The notes below the pieces were generated by a model. The model searched no databases, was not told the origin of the DNA, and worked only from the letters and a program-made list of their open reading frames with translations. A program made the translations under genes and the position numbers. A stretch of DNA of 64,000 nt, taken from NCBI RefSeq assembly GCF_032444005.1, contig NC_091290.1, positions 62,558,001 through 62,622,000 of the forward strand. Direction: 5' to 3'. The stretch comes from Ranitomeya imitator (lineage: Eukaryota). Within the stretch, counting starts at the first letter, position 1; each line of letters begins with the position of its first letter. This document shows, one piece after another, positions 11,726-26,109 of the stretch.

Positions 11726-13962
11726 TTAAAAAATTGAAAAATAAATTAAACTATATCTAAATAGTATTGCATATTTTAACAAATTTTTAAAAGGTTAGTA
11801 TACAGTAGGGCCCACCCAAATGAGTCTACCTTGTCGTGGTGGCAGATTAGATTTGGCCAAAACAAAAGCTGCTGGCTATATGTGTGATCTGGTGATGGGA
11901 ACTGTTAATGTGTGATTGGTGAGAAGTGGATCTTTTCCAAGATAGAGCGGTGGGACTGAGGACAGTTCGAGGTGTGGAGGCAAGGCTGGAGTTGGAGCCT
12001 GAGTAGAGTCTCAATGGGCCCCGAAAATTTGGCCAGTATGGGGCCCCAAAATTCCTAGTGGCAGCCCTGTTTGAAAGTTTTGTATGGTGATGTTAAGGAG
12101 GTACTCTATGGTTATGTTATGAAGGTTTTGCATGGTGCCGTTATGGAGGTACTGTATGGGCGCTGAACAGCGGGAATGGTGAGCAGTGATCCACATATAA
12201 GCTGAAGATTACATGGGGAAAGGAGGGAAGGGAGTATTGGGCAAAGTGTTTTACTGCTAGCGCATTTCAAAGACTGTGGTATTTGTGTGTCATTATACAG
12301 TGGGGCTGTGCATGTGTCATTGGTGCATTCACTCTGTGTCATTCTATGTGACTGTAGACTTGTGAATCCTCACATTGCTCGCAGTGCTGTGCTTATTCAG
12401 GGGGTATATGACTGCAAGTTTGTGATTTGCATACATGCGGTCACATGCTGACTAGACACTAGACTTGCATGGCCTAATGCAAGTGTATTGAACAAGGCCA
12501 GAAACAGTCTTGTCGGAATGTGGCTGGGAATATATATATATTGCATGCTTGTGCTCACAAGACCACCTGTTCCCGGCGCCGGCACCAGAGAATCTTCACA
12601 GCGCACAGTGTGCACGACATGAGGATTCACACATAGTGACTGTAGACATGTAGCATAAGATCCGACAGCCCCTTTAAGGATGGGCCACTTTTCATGGGCC
12701 ACTGTTGTGTGCTTGCCCCAGGATAAAATTTGCCAGCCAGCCCCTGCAGTAGTTGATATTTTGGCCAAAATATGTAAAATTGCAACTTCCCTGAAGGGTC
12801 CTCAATTTCTTTTAACTACTTATGCTTAGAAAGTGACATGTAGGTTGAAAATGAGAATAATTAAATGGTTAAAAAACATACTTTAAGTCTATGTTCACAG
12901 GTAGCTTGTTTTCTGCATTTTATTTAGACATGAGCAAATCAATTTGATATAAATCTAAATTGTGTTGTGTCTTACAACATTTGAGTCATCTTGAAAATTC
13001 AGTCAATTTGCGATTCAATTCACTCAAATTGTCAAAACAAATCCCAGCAATATTTTATACACTGTAGAAGATTATATTAGCCAGCGAAAGCTCTCGTAAA
13101 CTCAGGCTTAACATCACAAGCTTCCCAATTTTGCAGCTATCAAATCTCCTAGTATTCGATTAAGGAAGGGCTGTCTCAGACTATATAAAAGCTGAGGCAG
13201 GGAATGCAACAGCCATATTAGGATGATTCATGAAAGACAGAGGATGTCAGAGTTCAGCTCAGAAATAGAGATATGGATAGAAGGCTCTAAAGTATTGACC
13301 AAAGGCAAAATACTCCAGACAGTATATATTGTACAGCTATTGCACTTAAGAAGATGAGAATAATAGCCCATAAATAATACAGATATTCAATTTAAAGGTG
13401 AAGAGAGAGAAAGGGAAGGTGCCAACAGCAATTCCAGACCCAGTGTGACAATTTTCTTATAGCCTCTCGATGAGCCTTTTACAATGTGTAGACTTTGCAG
13501 AAGGAAATTATGCCACGGTTAGCCAGACTTAAATAGACAATTGTCGCATGAAGGTGCATCACCTCCTTATTTGGGAAAAGCAAGCTGGTCAGCAAAATGA
13601 GCAAAGCTCCAACTGTCATTCTGTAACTTCTCTTCCCTCTCAGTTTTCTGATGGCCAGGCACCATCCTCAAATAGTGCATGGACATTGTCATCATCATCA
13701 TTACCATCCTCATCTACTGCTTTCCATACTTTTCCTCCTATTCAACCATTGCATCATCAGCCATATTACTGCTTAGGAACGATGTGGTCAATTTTCCATT
13801 TGTGTGGAAACTCAACTCACATGTCTAAAATCACCAAAAATCACCCATGAATAGAACAGAACTATCACTATCACATATCATTCATAATAAATGTGGAGGA
13901 CCACCTAGTGGCAAAAGTGGAAGCACAGATGACAGGAAACAGCACAAATGTTACAGTGCTAC

Positions 13963-15106
13963 TGTGGCACCCCTGAGGGTCCAGTTGCCACAGAGGTACT
14001 GCATCTCAGCCAGAGGTGTGGTACTCCGATCTCAGGCAAGGAGGGGGAACTGTCCGAGACCCATACGAGCATCCAAAACCACTCCAGGCTAGGGGATCTG
14101 GGCAGTCCGTATTGAGGAATGGTCCTATCTCAGGCTGGAGGGGGAACTAGGTAGAGGGTGTGGGTGGAGAGAATTGCAGTGGGTAGTGAGGAGTTGTCAT
14201 CGAGACAGGAGGGATGAGTTAGTTAGTGAGTTGATGGGGAGGAGCTAAGGAGAGCAGAAGTGAAGAGAGGAGCTAGTGAGAGAGAGAGTGAGAGAAGAGG
14301 TCCTAGGGGCCAGGGAAGTAAGGAATCCACCTGTGGCACCGGAATCCACACCGACCGTAGTCGGGTGGAAGGACTAGTTCACAGAGGGGACCGGCCCCAG
14401 ACTAGTGGAGGAACTGCAAGACTCAGTTAGCAAACCGGAAGCTGTAATGTCTGCATGTGCTACAGCCAAATTCCAAACACATTCACTGAAAAGGCAACCA
14501 TATAGGATCAAGGGGACCAGGAGAAGGCCGCCTGACAGGACCCGAGGCTGCTGGCTTGGGACACTGTTTGTGAGACGCAGGGCAGGAGGGCGAAGCCAGC
14601 ATAGACAGATGGCCTGGGAAGGTACCCAAGAAAGGGAGTCTCAGAAAAGTGCACCCAAATTACCTGAGAGCGGGCTGGATCATAGAACCGGAGGACACAG
14701 CACCCGGCTGGGATTGTACCAAACAAACTGTGAGTAAAGTGTGGAAACTGCACCCTGCTGTGTCCTCAGAATTATTACTGCGTCACCTGCCCTGCACTAC
14801 ACCAGTTCATCATTGACTTTATTACTTTAACTGCCCTGGGGCCTAGCTCTACCCCTGGAGAGCTGTAACATCTCTGCTGCATCACCAACTGCCCAAGACG
14901 ACCTGAATCGCAGCGTCGGCATTTTCTTATTGCCGAACATCACGGGTGGCATCATGAACTAATCCCTTTAAACTTTATTTCCCCTTTCCCTTTCAATTAA
15001 TTTTATTGTATGCCCAGGTCCACAGACTGGGTCACTGCTGCCGTGACAACCCCCGAAGAATGATCAGACCCAGCCCGAGTACCCCACGACCCTGGCGGGT
15101 GCTCCA
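13963..15106. mobile_element. Solo LTR (1144 bp), probably Gypsy-type
   Basis: TG...CA termini with imperfect terminal IR (TGTGGCACCC / GGGTGCTCCA); 4-bp TSD CTAC (13959-13962, 15107-15110). Confidence 0.8.
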
Positions 15107-16312
15107 CTACCTTTTACGAGGGGACTCTGGACACTTAGAACCAGGCTTACCGATTAAACTTTCTGTTAATATTATCAGAATTATTAGTTGCCACCCATGA
15201 CCATTCCTCTGGCGTACAGCCTTTCCAATGAACAAGGCATCCTTCTCTCTACCCGTAATAAAGGATTATGTTTTACTTCATACTAAAGGTTAACTCCAAT
15301 CAACACAGGTGGAGGGCAGTGATTAATACGGTGCACAGGTAAACAATATGTCTTTAGCAAGGATCTGTGAAAGACATCTGGAATAAGAAAAAAGGGATGA
15401 GTTTCAAACTGAATGCTACTGGATTGACAGCATCAGTTATCTCATAAGGACCAATAAACTTGGATCCCAACTAAGCAGAGGGAGTGGGTATTACAGGTGG
15501 ATAGCCACATGTTGTTCCTGTAGCACATTTCATCCCATCCATGCTCTTTTTATTAACAGAAGAGGTCAGTCTACCCTGTGCTCTTAGCAGGGTTACTTTG
15601 ACTTCAGACCAAACAAAGTACAACTTATCCATGGATTTACCAACAAATGGAGCATCAGCATAAGAAGACACAAAGACACAAATAAACCAAAATTAGGATG
15701 ATAACCACGATTACAGGAGAACGAAGATGTATTAATGGATTCCTGATATTGATTATTAATGGCAAACTCAGCTTATGGAAAGTGTTCCACCCAGTCAGAC
15801 TGGTAATCAGAGAAATAAAACCTAAGATCATGCTTGACTGCAGGAGAAAGGGCGTTAATTCAGCAGCCTCAAATGACAGTGAGCGGTCAATAGGGGGGGT
15901 GAAGTAAAAGTCAATTTGATACCCAATCTTAAGACGGAAATGTAAAAAGTTGGATAATACTTTATTGGGATGCTCCCATGAGAATATTTTATAATTTAAC
16001 ACAGATTGAAGCTAAAAACAGGGACAGATGCTGTGAAAACTAAAACTAGTTTTTGATTCTGAAGAATTGTAATCTAAGACATATTTCAAAATTCATCATG
16101 TTAAAATATGCATATGAATCATTTATAAAAATAAAGACAGACATAACATGAGCTTTATGAGATTACACATTTGAACTCAAACAATCAATATAATGTGGCA
16201 ACTCATGACACCTTAACCTCTTCATAACAGGGCTATTTTCCACTTTTTTGTTCTGTTTTTATCATTCCATTCTTCTAAAAGCCATAACATTTTTTATTTG
16301 TCAGTCCATGTA

Positions 16313-18716
16313 CAGTTTTGCTCAAAATTTTACATACCTTGTCAGGATTTTCGCTTTTTTGGCCTTTTTCAGATAACATGAATGATAACACCAAAACTTT
16401 CTCTCCGCTCATAGTTAGTGATTGGGTGAAGCCATTTATTATCAAACTACTGTGTTTTCTCTTTTTAAATCATAATGACAACCCAAAACATCCAAATGAC
16501 CATGATCAAAAGTTCTCATACCCCATTTCTTAATACCATGTATTGCCCACTCAAACATCAATGAAAGCTTGATGTCTTTGGTGGTAGTTGTGGATGAGGT
16601 TCTTTATTTTCTCAGATGGAAAAGCTGCCACTCTTCTTGGCAAAAAGCCTCCTGTAAATTCCTTTGCTGTCTAGAATTAATTGCATGCTTGAGATTTCCC
16701 CACAGTGGCTCAATTGAGGTCAGGAGACTGAGATGGCCACTACAGACCCTTCACTTTGTACTGCTGTAACCAATGACAGGTCGACTTGGTCTTGTGTTTT
16801 GGATTGTTGTCATGTTGGAACATCCAAGTATGTCCCATGCGCAGCTTCTGAGCTGATGACTGTAAATTTGCCTCCAGTATTTGCTGATAAAGTGCTGCAT
16901 TCATCTTTCCATCAACTTTTACCAAGATTCCTGTGCCTTTGTAGCTCACACATCCCCATAACATCAGCGATCCACCTCTGTGCTTTACAGTAGGAATGGT
17001 GTTCCTTTCATCACAGGCCTTGTTGACCTCTCTACAAATGTATAATTTATGGTTGTGGCCAAAATATTCAATTTTGGTCTCAAAACTCCAAATTACCTTG
17101 TTCCAGAAGTTTTGAGGCTTGTCTCCTGTGCTGTTTTGCGTATTGTAGGTGTTAGGGCTAGCGGAATGCACCGAGTATAGATAGGTAGCTACAAGGTGCG
17201 ATCGCAGCCCGTGGTCCACCGTGCAGAGATATCTGCTGCAAAGTAATGGCGGATAACATCTGAGCTCACATGTGGGTTAAGCTTCACCCCATTTGAACTG
17301 GAAGTGATCTCTGTTTACTCACAGAGTCGCACTGTACACAAAACTATTACCCTAATTAAGGGTTGTGCTTGCTCTGGAACTCTTCTGTGCTAACCGCACA
17401 CATGAAGGAACCAAATGCTAAGCCAAGGCTAAGTGCCCCCACTGATGCTAGCTGCCTGCCTGAGTGTACAGTCCCAAAGCTACAGCCTCACACCACATAT
17501 ATAAAGAGTGGTACAGTATCCACTGGCATAAGCGAAACACATGTGATACTAGCACATGGCCATGCGAACCTTTTATAGTTGCAGCTCTACAGGACCTTCC
17601 TGGTGGACCAATAGGAGCTGCAACAGGGCCTGTAACCCCCGACCTCCAATGAGAGGTCCTCCCGTGGGCATGCTAAGTGCGTGGAAAGCAGGACTTAGTC
17701 CCAGAAAAGCCTGCTTGCCGCTGGCCAGTGCTGGCTGCAAGGGCAGAGCCTGGAAAGGCTACAGTAACCATTCGCACAGTATCAGGCTTAGCCTGACGCT
17801 GGGACTGACGTCTCCGCTGAGCAGGCTCCACTGCAGCTGGAGAAGAATGGGAGACCGCAGCGGACATGACTCGAGATTCCCCATGTGCAGCGGCAGGAAC
17901 TCGATGCCTAACAGTAGGTGAGATACTTTGTGGCATTTGTGCAGTAATGGCTTTCTTCTGGTGACTCGACTATGCATCCCATTTTTCTTTAACGGCCTCC
18001 TTTTTGTGCACCTTGAAACAGCCATACCGCTAGTTTTCAGAGAGTCCAGTATTTCAGCTGATGTTTTTTGTGGTTTTTTTTTTGCATCCTGAAATTTTTT
18101 CCTGGCAGTTGTGGACGACAGTTTTGTTGGTCTACCTGACCGTGGTTTTGTTTTTACAGAACGCCTGATTTCCATTTCTTAATCACAGTTTGAATGTTGC
18201 GGACTGGCATTCTCAATTCCTTGGATATCTTTTTGTATCCGTTTCCTGTTTTATATGGTTCACTACCTTTTCCCGTAAATCTGTTGACAATTCTTTTGCT
18301 TTTCCCATGACTCACGATCCAGAAACGTCAGTGGCTGTATGAAAGACGCAAGAGTCTGTCTGGATCCCATAAACTCACTCAGCTTTTATGCACATACTGT
18401 ACATTGATTACAAGCAAACAGGTCACAGGTGAGGATGATACCTTTAGTAGCCATTCAAACCCATATTTGTCAACTTCTGTGCATGTTATCAGGCCAAAAT
18501 CACCAGGGTATGTGAACTGTAATCAGAGTCATTTGGATGTTTTGGATTGTCATTATGAATTCAAAAGAGAAAACACAGTAGTTTGACAATAAATTGCTTC
18601 AACCAACCACTAACCATGAGTGGAGATAAAGTTTTGGTGTTAACATTCATATTCTCTGAAAAAAGGCCAAAAGAGCAAAAAATCTGCCGGGGTATGTAAA
18701 CTTTTGAGCACATCTG
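16313..18716 (-). mobile_element. Tc1/mariner element with decayed transposase, interrupted by a solo LTR
   Basis: TA-flanked TIRs CAGTTTTGCTCAAAATTTTACATACC / GGTATGTAAACTTTTGAGCACATCTG. Minus-strand ORF fragments GRPTKLS and TVKHRGGSLMLWGC...FQHDNNPKH. Confidence 0.85.
17150..17913 (-). mobile_element. Solo LTR, TGTTAGG family, copy 1
   Basis: TGTTAGG...CCTAACA; 5-bp TSD GTAGG (17145-17149, 17914-17918). Strand inferred from TATA-like CTATAAAAG on the minus strand. Confidence 0.9.
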
Positions 18717-19895
18717 TAGCCATATGAGAGCTTGTTTTTGTGAGAAGAGTTATACTTTTGTCACTATGATTTTTTTTATATGATGCACTGGAAATCAGGA
18801 AAAAAAATTCAAGTGCATTGAAATTGCAAAAAAAATAGTTTTTTCAGCTTTCTATTTATCGGCAAGCGCGATCCAGGTATCTGAGTTTCCTTTGCAGCTT
18901 TTTCAGCAAGTGCCATAGTTTGCCAAATAAGAGGGAACCTGAGCAAATTCGCTTATTGCTAATCTGAAGTCACTTCTAACTTATGTTGGAAACCAGTAAA
19001 GTGTGGAGAAAAGTAAAGTGAATGTAATTACAACTAAAGTTACAATGTAGATCATCACACTGAAATCAACTTTCCCATACAGCAAAATACAGACCTGATG
19101 AGGATTCTGCGTGTCGTTTAGTTGAGTATAGAGACATAGACACAGTCATTTACTAATTATATTTCACGCAAAAACAGCATTTACAACCAGGGGAGAAGAT
19201 CAATTTTTAATGAGAAAGCATATCTTCCTTTTCAAGCAATGCACTGAAACATTACTATTAAATCACTACAACAAGCACAAGTCGAATTCATTTGTCAAGT
19301 GCTTTTGCAGCAATATGTTTTACTAGTTAAATTAGCCTGGAACTATGTATTATCTTTGGAAGCAGGGATTCATACACACATAAAAATATAAATTAAACAC
19401 GAATGTGGGAAATATTGCAGGCGATGGATTGTGAGAAGTACATTAATATGTAAAGTATTTATAATATGAGCAGATAACAATTCTGAATGTTTTATGAATG
19501 TCCATAGCTGGAGGAGAATAAAGCAATTCCTTATAGATTGGCTTAGAGGACATATTGCAGCGAAATCAAAGGGCTCGCATTATTCTACACTTTAATTCCA
19601 ACTTTTCACTCTACTTTAAAAAATGTTTTAATTAAATATTATGATTTTCTTTAACCTAAAAATATATATATTTTTGACTTAACTGGGTTATAACATGAAG
19701 ACAATCATTTTCTATGCTCTCCCAAATAATCTGAAAATCAAAGCTGGATATGTCTTACTCAGGAACTTCTTGTATTAGAGCAAAAATTGCTAAGTGTTAA
19801 CAATGGACCAGTCAAGGCTGGACTGATACCAATATTTCAAATCAAGGAAAATGCAAAAAATCTAGATACATATAGATAGATATGCTGTATATATA

Positions 19896-21377
19896 CAGTA
19901 CAGACCAAAAGTTTGGACACACCTTCTCATTTAAATTTTTTTCTGTATTTTCATGACTATGAAAATTGTAAATTCACGCTGAATGCATCAAAACTATGAA
20001 ATAACACATGTGGAATTATATACTTAACAAAAAAGTGTGAAACAACTGAAATTATGTCTTATATTCTAGGTTCTTCAAAGTAGCCACCTTTTGCTATGAT
20101 GACTGCTTTGCACACTCTTGGCAGGTTCACTTTCAGGTCTGGTGGGCTGTGGAGGCAAGGTCATCTGGCATAGAACCCCATCACTCTCCTTCTTGGTCAA
20201 ATAGCCCTTACACAGCCTGGAGGTGTGTTTTGGGTCATTGTCCTGTTGAAAAATAAATGATGGTCCAACTAAACGCAAACCGGATGGAATAGCATGCTGC
20301 TGCAAGATGCTGTGGTAGCCATGCTGGTTCAGCATGCCTTCAATTTTGAATAAATCCCCAACAGTGTCACCAGCAAAGCGCCCCCACACCATCACACCTC
20401 CTCCTCCATGCTTCACGATGGGAACCAGGCATGTACAGTCCATCTGTTCACTTTTTCTGCATTGCACAAAGACACAGTGGTTGGAACCAAAGATCTCAAA
20501 TTTGGACTCATCAGACCAAAGCACAGATTTCCACGGGTCTAATGTCTATTCCTTGTGTTCTTTAGCCCAAACAAGTCTCTTCTGCCTGTTGCCTGTCCTT
20601 AGCAGTGGTTTCCTAGCAGCTATTTTACCATGAAGGCCCGCTGCACAAAGTCTCCTCTTAACAGTTGTAGAGATGTGTCTGCTGCTAGAACTCTGTGTGG
20701 CATTGACCTGGTCTCTAATCTGAGCTGCTGTTAACCTGTGATTTCTGAGGCTGGTGACTTGGATAAAATTATCCTCAGAAGCAGAGGTGACTTTTAGTCT
20801 TCCTTTCCTGGGGCGGTCCTCATATGAGCCAGTTTCTTTGTAACACTTGATGGTTTTTGCAACTGCACTTGGGGACACTTTCAAAGTTTTCCCAATTTTT
20901 CGGACTGACTGACCTTCATTTCTTAAAGTAATGATGGCCACTCATTTTTCTTTACTTAGCTGCTTTTTTCTTGCCATAATACAAATTCTAACAGTCTATC
21001 CAGTAGGACTATCAGCTGTTTATTCACCAGACTTCTGCTCAACACAACTGATGGTCCCAACACCATTTATAAGGCAAGAAATTCCACTTATTAAACCTGA
21101 CAGGGCACACCTGTGAAGTGAAGACCATTTCCGGTGACTACCTCTTGAAGCTCATCAAGAGAATGCCAAGAGTGTGCAAAGCAGTCATCAAAGCAAAAGG
21201 TGGCTAGAATATAAGACATATTTTCAGCTGGTTCACACTTTTTTGTTAAGTATATAATTCCACATGTGTTAATTCATAGTTTTGATACCTTCAGTGTGAA
21301 ATTACAATTTTCATAGTCATGAAAATACAGAAAAATCTTTAAATGAGAAGGTGTGTCCAAACTTTTGGTCTGTACTG
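19896..21377 (-). mobile_element. Tc1/mariner element with long (~200 bp) inverted repeats and internally deleted transposase
   Basis: TA|CAGTACAGACCAAAAGTTTGGACAC...GTCCAAACTTTTGGTCTGTACTG|TA. ORFs 20546-20941 (HTH, DRPRKGR) and 20075-20524 (WSDESKF...KHGGGGVMVWG...QQDNDPKH). Confidence 0.9.

Positions 21378-21419
<42 letters not shown>
21378..21419. repeat. (TA)n microsatellite abutting a Tc1 end
   Basis: Directly visible. Confidence 0.9.
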
Positions 21420-21422
<3 letters not shown>

Positions 21423-23037
21423 TCATTATTTATTTGTAACAGCATTAACAGAATACATGTTTAATATGGGAAACATCTTCAGCCCATGGATGAAGTTATT
21501 TCTCCATACTGTTCTAAAACAAAAACAAATGGAGGTTAGGGTGAAAAAACGTATTGGTTTTCATCCTGACATCCATTAATGTTACTAAAGATGAGCAAAT
21601 CAGTCAAAGTTCGAATTCACCTATTCACCTGGTTCTTCCTAGGGAATTCGATTTGCAAAGATATTCTCTGCAAATTTAATGTCCACTATTATGCTATGGG
21701 GTCATCCAAGACTCCAAAACATAATAAAAGTAAGATGTAAAAAATAGGAAAATACTAATATTCACGATACCTCCCACTGTTTCGGCCTCCATGCTACTCA
21801 TTCCGTACTTGCCACATATTCTGATCCCCTGCTGCTCATGTCGGAATCCCTGAACCTCTCACACTCAGCTGGTATTTCTGGCTTTCATGATGTCATGATA
21901 TTCGCCATGATCTTCCACAAAATCTTCCCTGCCCATGAAAATCAGAAGTCACAACTCAGCATTATAAGCCTTGAGATTCCAGTTTCAGTTGTGGGTGATC
22001 AAAAGATGCTAAGATGACCAGATTGGAGGTAGTGAGTAGTTGAGAGAACAGATAGGTGTGCGGTAAGGTGAGTGCAAAGATTTTTAATAATTTGATAGCA
22101 CTTTAAGATACAGTGGCCGCTATTTTGCTAAGTCCACATGGAGTCAATTTTAAAAAAATCAGATTTTTGTGAATGCAGATTTTTATAGAATTCAGTTTCA
22201 TTCTAATGTTTTTGCTTATTTTCACATCAACATCAACTGTATAAAGTTTTGCCTATTATTTGCACAATACCACAAAATCAGACAGTGTGGAAAGGGTTAG
22301 GAGATGAGAAAACACAATCATAGTTGGTTTGTGATACAAAGCAAAACAAATATATTAAAGATGTAAACTTTAGCCTTTCTGTAATTCCCCTCATTACAGT
22401 ACTAGTGTCATGGCTCAATTTAGGGATTTGATCTGGTGATCTGTTGCTTCCTGGTCAGTTCTTCTGCTTGCTGAGCTGTAACTCTTTTGATTCCCTGTCA
22501 AAATGCTGATTGTTTCTTTGTCCTTATTCTTCCTTCTTGGTTTGCCTCTTTCCAGGTGTTTTCCATTTTCCCATTTTGGTTTACTCTATCACGTTCTGGG
22601 AGGGGCTTTATATTGCATCCCTTCTCTGCACTTCCTTGCTGGCTTTATTTCCTGGTGGCTGAACATTTAGGAGTTCCATCTCTTTATCTTAAGGGGTTTA
22701 CATTTTTTTTACAACATACCACACCCATTAACAGTACCACTTTTGCCAAAGTCTATATTCTTTATTTACAAGAGGTCTCATAGTGTCCTTTTTTGTATAT
22801 GTTGCATTTGATCCAAGGAGATAAGTGTATTTGTGAATGTTACCAAAAATAAGCCTGATCCTCATGATTAGGTGAAAAATATTATGTTGGAAATGGTTTT
22901 TTTTTTTAAATAATTCTTAAACTTTCATATTTTTATTAAATGCTGTTGAAAATACTCTTACAATGTTTGCAGAAATAAAAATGTTTCTGTATTATGTCGC
23001 ATAGCTGTAGTTATACCAGGCCAAAGTACAAATGTAT

Positions 23038-24014
23038 TGTTAGGACTGGCGGAACGCACCAAGTAAGATGATATAGATGCGTTCGCAGTCCGGGGTCCAC
23101 CGTGCAGGCGAAACCCGCTGCTAGTGAATGACAGACTATATGGCAGTACTAAAAGTATAAACACGTGGGTTAAACCTCACCCAACGTGAAGAAAGCGATC
23201 CTGTTAAGTCACAGGACCGCGGTACCGCACATAGAGCGCGAGCAAGTAGTCAGCGAACTTAACCCCGAAAGGGATTGAAGTCCGATCAGACCCTTGCTGG
23301 CACAACACCGCAACTGGGTGTGTAATGAACCTTATTAGTAATAAATGAGCACAAGAGTGCGTGCGATGCCGCACTGACGGACGCCACTAACCACCCAGGC
23401 TTGGGTATGGAAAGCGCAAGGCAAGCGCACGGCGCCGTACTGGCAGGCACAGCTATAGGACGCTGTGATGTGTGTAACATACAGATGGATAGTCGGGCGC
23501 TAGAGAGCTACTATCATCCGCGAGCAGTCAACAACTCTAGGGAGGGATATTTAGGAGCTTTCATCCATCGACATACATCCATCTACACACACACATAATA
23601 ATTGTACACTAGCGCATGGCCGTGCGGTCATGCGCAGTTTATATAGTTGCAGGACAGGAAGTGGCCACAGAAACTTTGCCCTTCCAAGACCTGCCAAGAG
23701 GACCAATGGAATGCGCTGCAGAGCCTGAGCACATGACCCTCGATCTCCAACGGGAGATCTTGCCCTGGGCATGCTCAGTGTGCGCAAATAAGGACTTAGT
23801 CCCAGAGAAGTCCGCTCGTTTCTGACCAGCACTGACTTTAATGGCAGGAGCTGAAGAAGCAGCAGTAACTCTCTGTACAGAGCGAGACCGAGCAAGACGC
23901 TGGGACCGACGTCCCTGCTGAGCAGACTCCACTGCGGCTGGATAGGAATGGGAGACCGCAGCGGAGACGGCCTGAGATTCCCCCTGTGCAGAAGTGGGAA
24001 CTCGAGACCTAACA
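23038..24014 (-). mobile_element. Solo LTR, TGTTAGG family, copy 2 (977 bp)
   Basis: TGTTAGGACTGGCGGAACGCACC...GACCTAACA; 5-bp TSD TGTAT (23033-23037, 24015-24019). Confidence 0.9.
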
Positions 24015-24514
24015 TGTATTACCGTAAGTCAGTTGTTTGAGACAATATATCAACTGTGTAAATGTATCTCACGAGGAATTAAAGTGATTTCATCAAACTG
24101 ACTTAAAACTATAAATCTGTGTTTCCATTGCCCATTCACAACAAACATAAATGCAATTAAAATTTGTAACAGTATGTGCCAGCAGTTATAGTTTTATTTG
24201 TTATGGAACTCTGGTTATACATCTCTGTTATTTACCAGGGGTTATACGTTTTTGCTATCCAGCATTTGTTAGTTATATATATTTTTGTGCATCCTAGGGG
24301 TTAATAGTTTTTTTATGTGCCAGGGGTGTATACTTTTTATTAAGTGCCTGAAATTTTTTATTAGTTTTTTAAACAAAAGGTTTATTTAGGATACAATGTC
24401 AAAAGCACAATACAAGCAAAAGTAAAGGGAATGGGTTTAAATCAATACAGGGGAAAAGTCATTGGCGCCCCCAATGAGGGGACAGGGTAAAGTGTGAGGA
24501 ATCTGATTTATTAA

Positions 24515-24844
24515 AGGGGACCTGTCACCAGAAAAAAACCAATATTAACCTGCAGTTCTGGGGTTGATCTGCAGGTTAATAGCTTTAGTAACCTGCCCGG
24601 CACCAGCACGTATCTGAATGCTACAAGAACAAAATTAATTTTATTCTCCAAGGCAGCATTTGGTGTCAGTCACTGCTCTGAGAATACAGAGCACAGGATA
24701 CAACTGCGCCCCTGGCCGACACTGTCTGTGTATTGGGGCCAGCTGTAGCAATCGGCTATGTGTAGGCGCCAGGCAGATTAGAAAACTACAGATTAACTCC
24801 ATATCTGCAGGTTAATATCATTTTTTCTGGTGGCAGATTCACTT
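24515..24844. mobile_element. Kolobok/T2-type MITE
   Basis: TTAA|AGGGGACCTGTCACCAGAAAAAAACCAATATTAACCTGCAG is mirrored by CTGCAGGTTAATATCATTTTTTCTGGTGGCAGATTCACT|TTAG. Confidence 0.6.
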
Positions 24845-26109
24845 TAGGAGAATAGAATGATATGTGCTCGTCTTTTTCACTATTTGTATTATAGCCCTGT
24901 TGGACATATGTACTCCCACTCCCAACAGTCACAGGTGATTCTAAGTAGTTAGCTGGTCCACTCCAGACCCATAAGTTGTAGGCTTTTTGCCCAGGAGAGG
25001 TGACAAAACAGAACAGGGACCCAATTTACAAAGGACGCCTTGAGGTGGCAATTGTGAACAGAGTCAGAATAGGCGGCTTCACAGGAGCGCCAAGCTGGTA
25101 ATGGAAGTTTTTTAGTGCAGAAAGCACGCTGCAGCTCCAGCCAGATGCCTCAAAAGAGGATAAGACTGGATGATGTAAAAATGGACCGATCATATGGAGC
25201 ACAAGCGACACAGTTCAGCTGGTATTAAAAAGTTTTCATTTAATATTTCCACAACGCGTTTCAACAGAATAGTTCCGTCTTCTCCCGGTGGCAGCTATAT
25301 ATAGAGTAGGACAGGGAAGGTATATAAAGGAAGAACAGCAAATGAAAATTAAGAAGCAATTTCTAAGAACACCCACATAATTAAAAATGCAAATTATAGC
25401 TGCACTAACAAAAAAATCAGCACACACATACATATACATGGCTGCACTAGTATAAATAAAGATAAAACCAATCTTAAACAATTAAAATAATGTACACAAA
25501 AAAAATGTATGTACACAAAAAATTATAACAACGTACATATACGTACACATATTATGTGACTTTCTCAATTGTGAGGTTTAACCCCTCAGGGGCCAGCGTG
25601 CTGACACCATCCAGTCTTGACGTGGCAATTGGGCTCACATACTGTACATTGACCAATTTATGCTTGAAGTACCTTTCTTTTTTCATAGCAATTTTTGCAG
25701 AAAAATATTTCATGTGTGCAATAATGAATTTTCATGTTCTAGACTTAGAGGAATTATTCTTGGTAAATCCTGGTGCAACCTTTATCGTTTTTCAACTTGA
25801 AAAAAAAGATACTGGACAGTTTTATGGTGCCAGTTGATCGTTTGCTTTAGCATCAGGACCTTCAAAGGAAGACGACAACAGATGCATGCTGCCTGAGTCA
25901 CAGGCGGGATGCTTCAGACCATTGTTGCATGATTTCAGCCATATGTTTTTGCAACTCTGAAATGCTGCAGCATTTCAGAGAAAACCACAATTATACATCC
26001 ATCTGGAATTGAACCCCATGGGCGATTGGTTGGACAGTCGGCTCCCAGGCAGCTTCTCGCTGCTGCTGTTGAGTGATAGATCTATTTCTATCCACATATG
26101 TGGATATGT

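Larger units (their letters stand above)
6183..12746. mobile_element. Composite nest of hAT-type non-autonomous elements with minisatellite cores
   Basis: hAT-like ends: CAGGGCCAGACTGGCC (6183), CAGACCTGG (9477), ...GTGGCAGCCCTG (12069), ...GCCAGCCCCTG (12746). No matching 8-bp TSD pairs found, so individual boundaries are uncertain. Confidence 0.4.

Noticed and set aside
19095-19130. CTGATGA hammerhead core
   Set aside because: No stem II followed by GAAA, and no stem I/III pairing; chance match.
21590-22780. MITE- and LTR-like fragments (TAAAGATGAGC..., TGTCATGGCTC...)
   Set aside because: Only one end is recognisable in each; too decayed to delimit.
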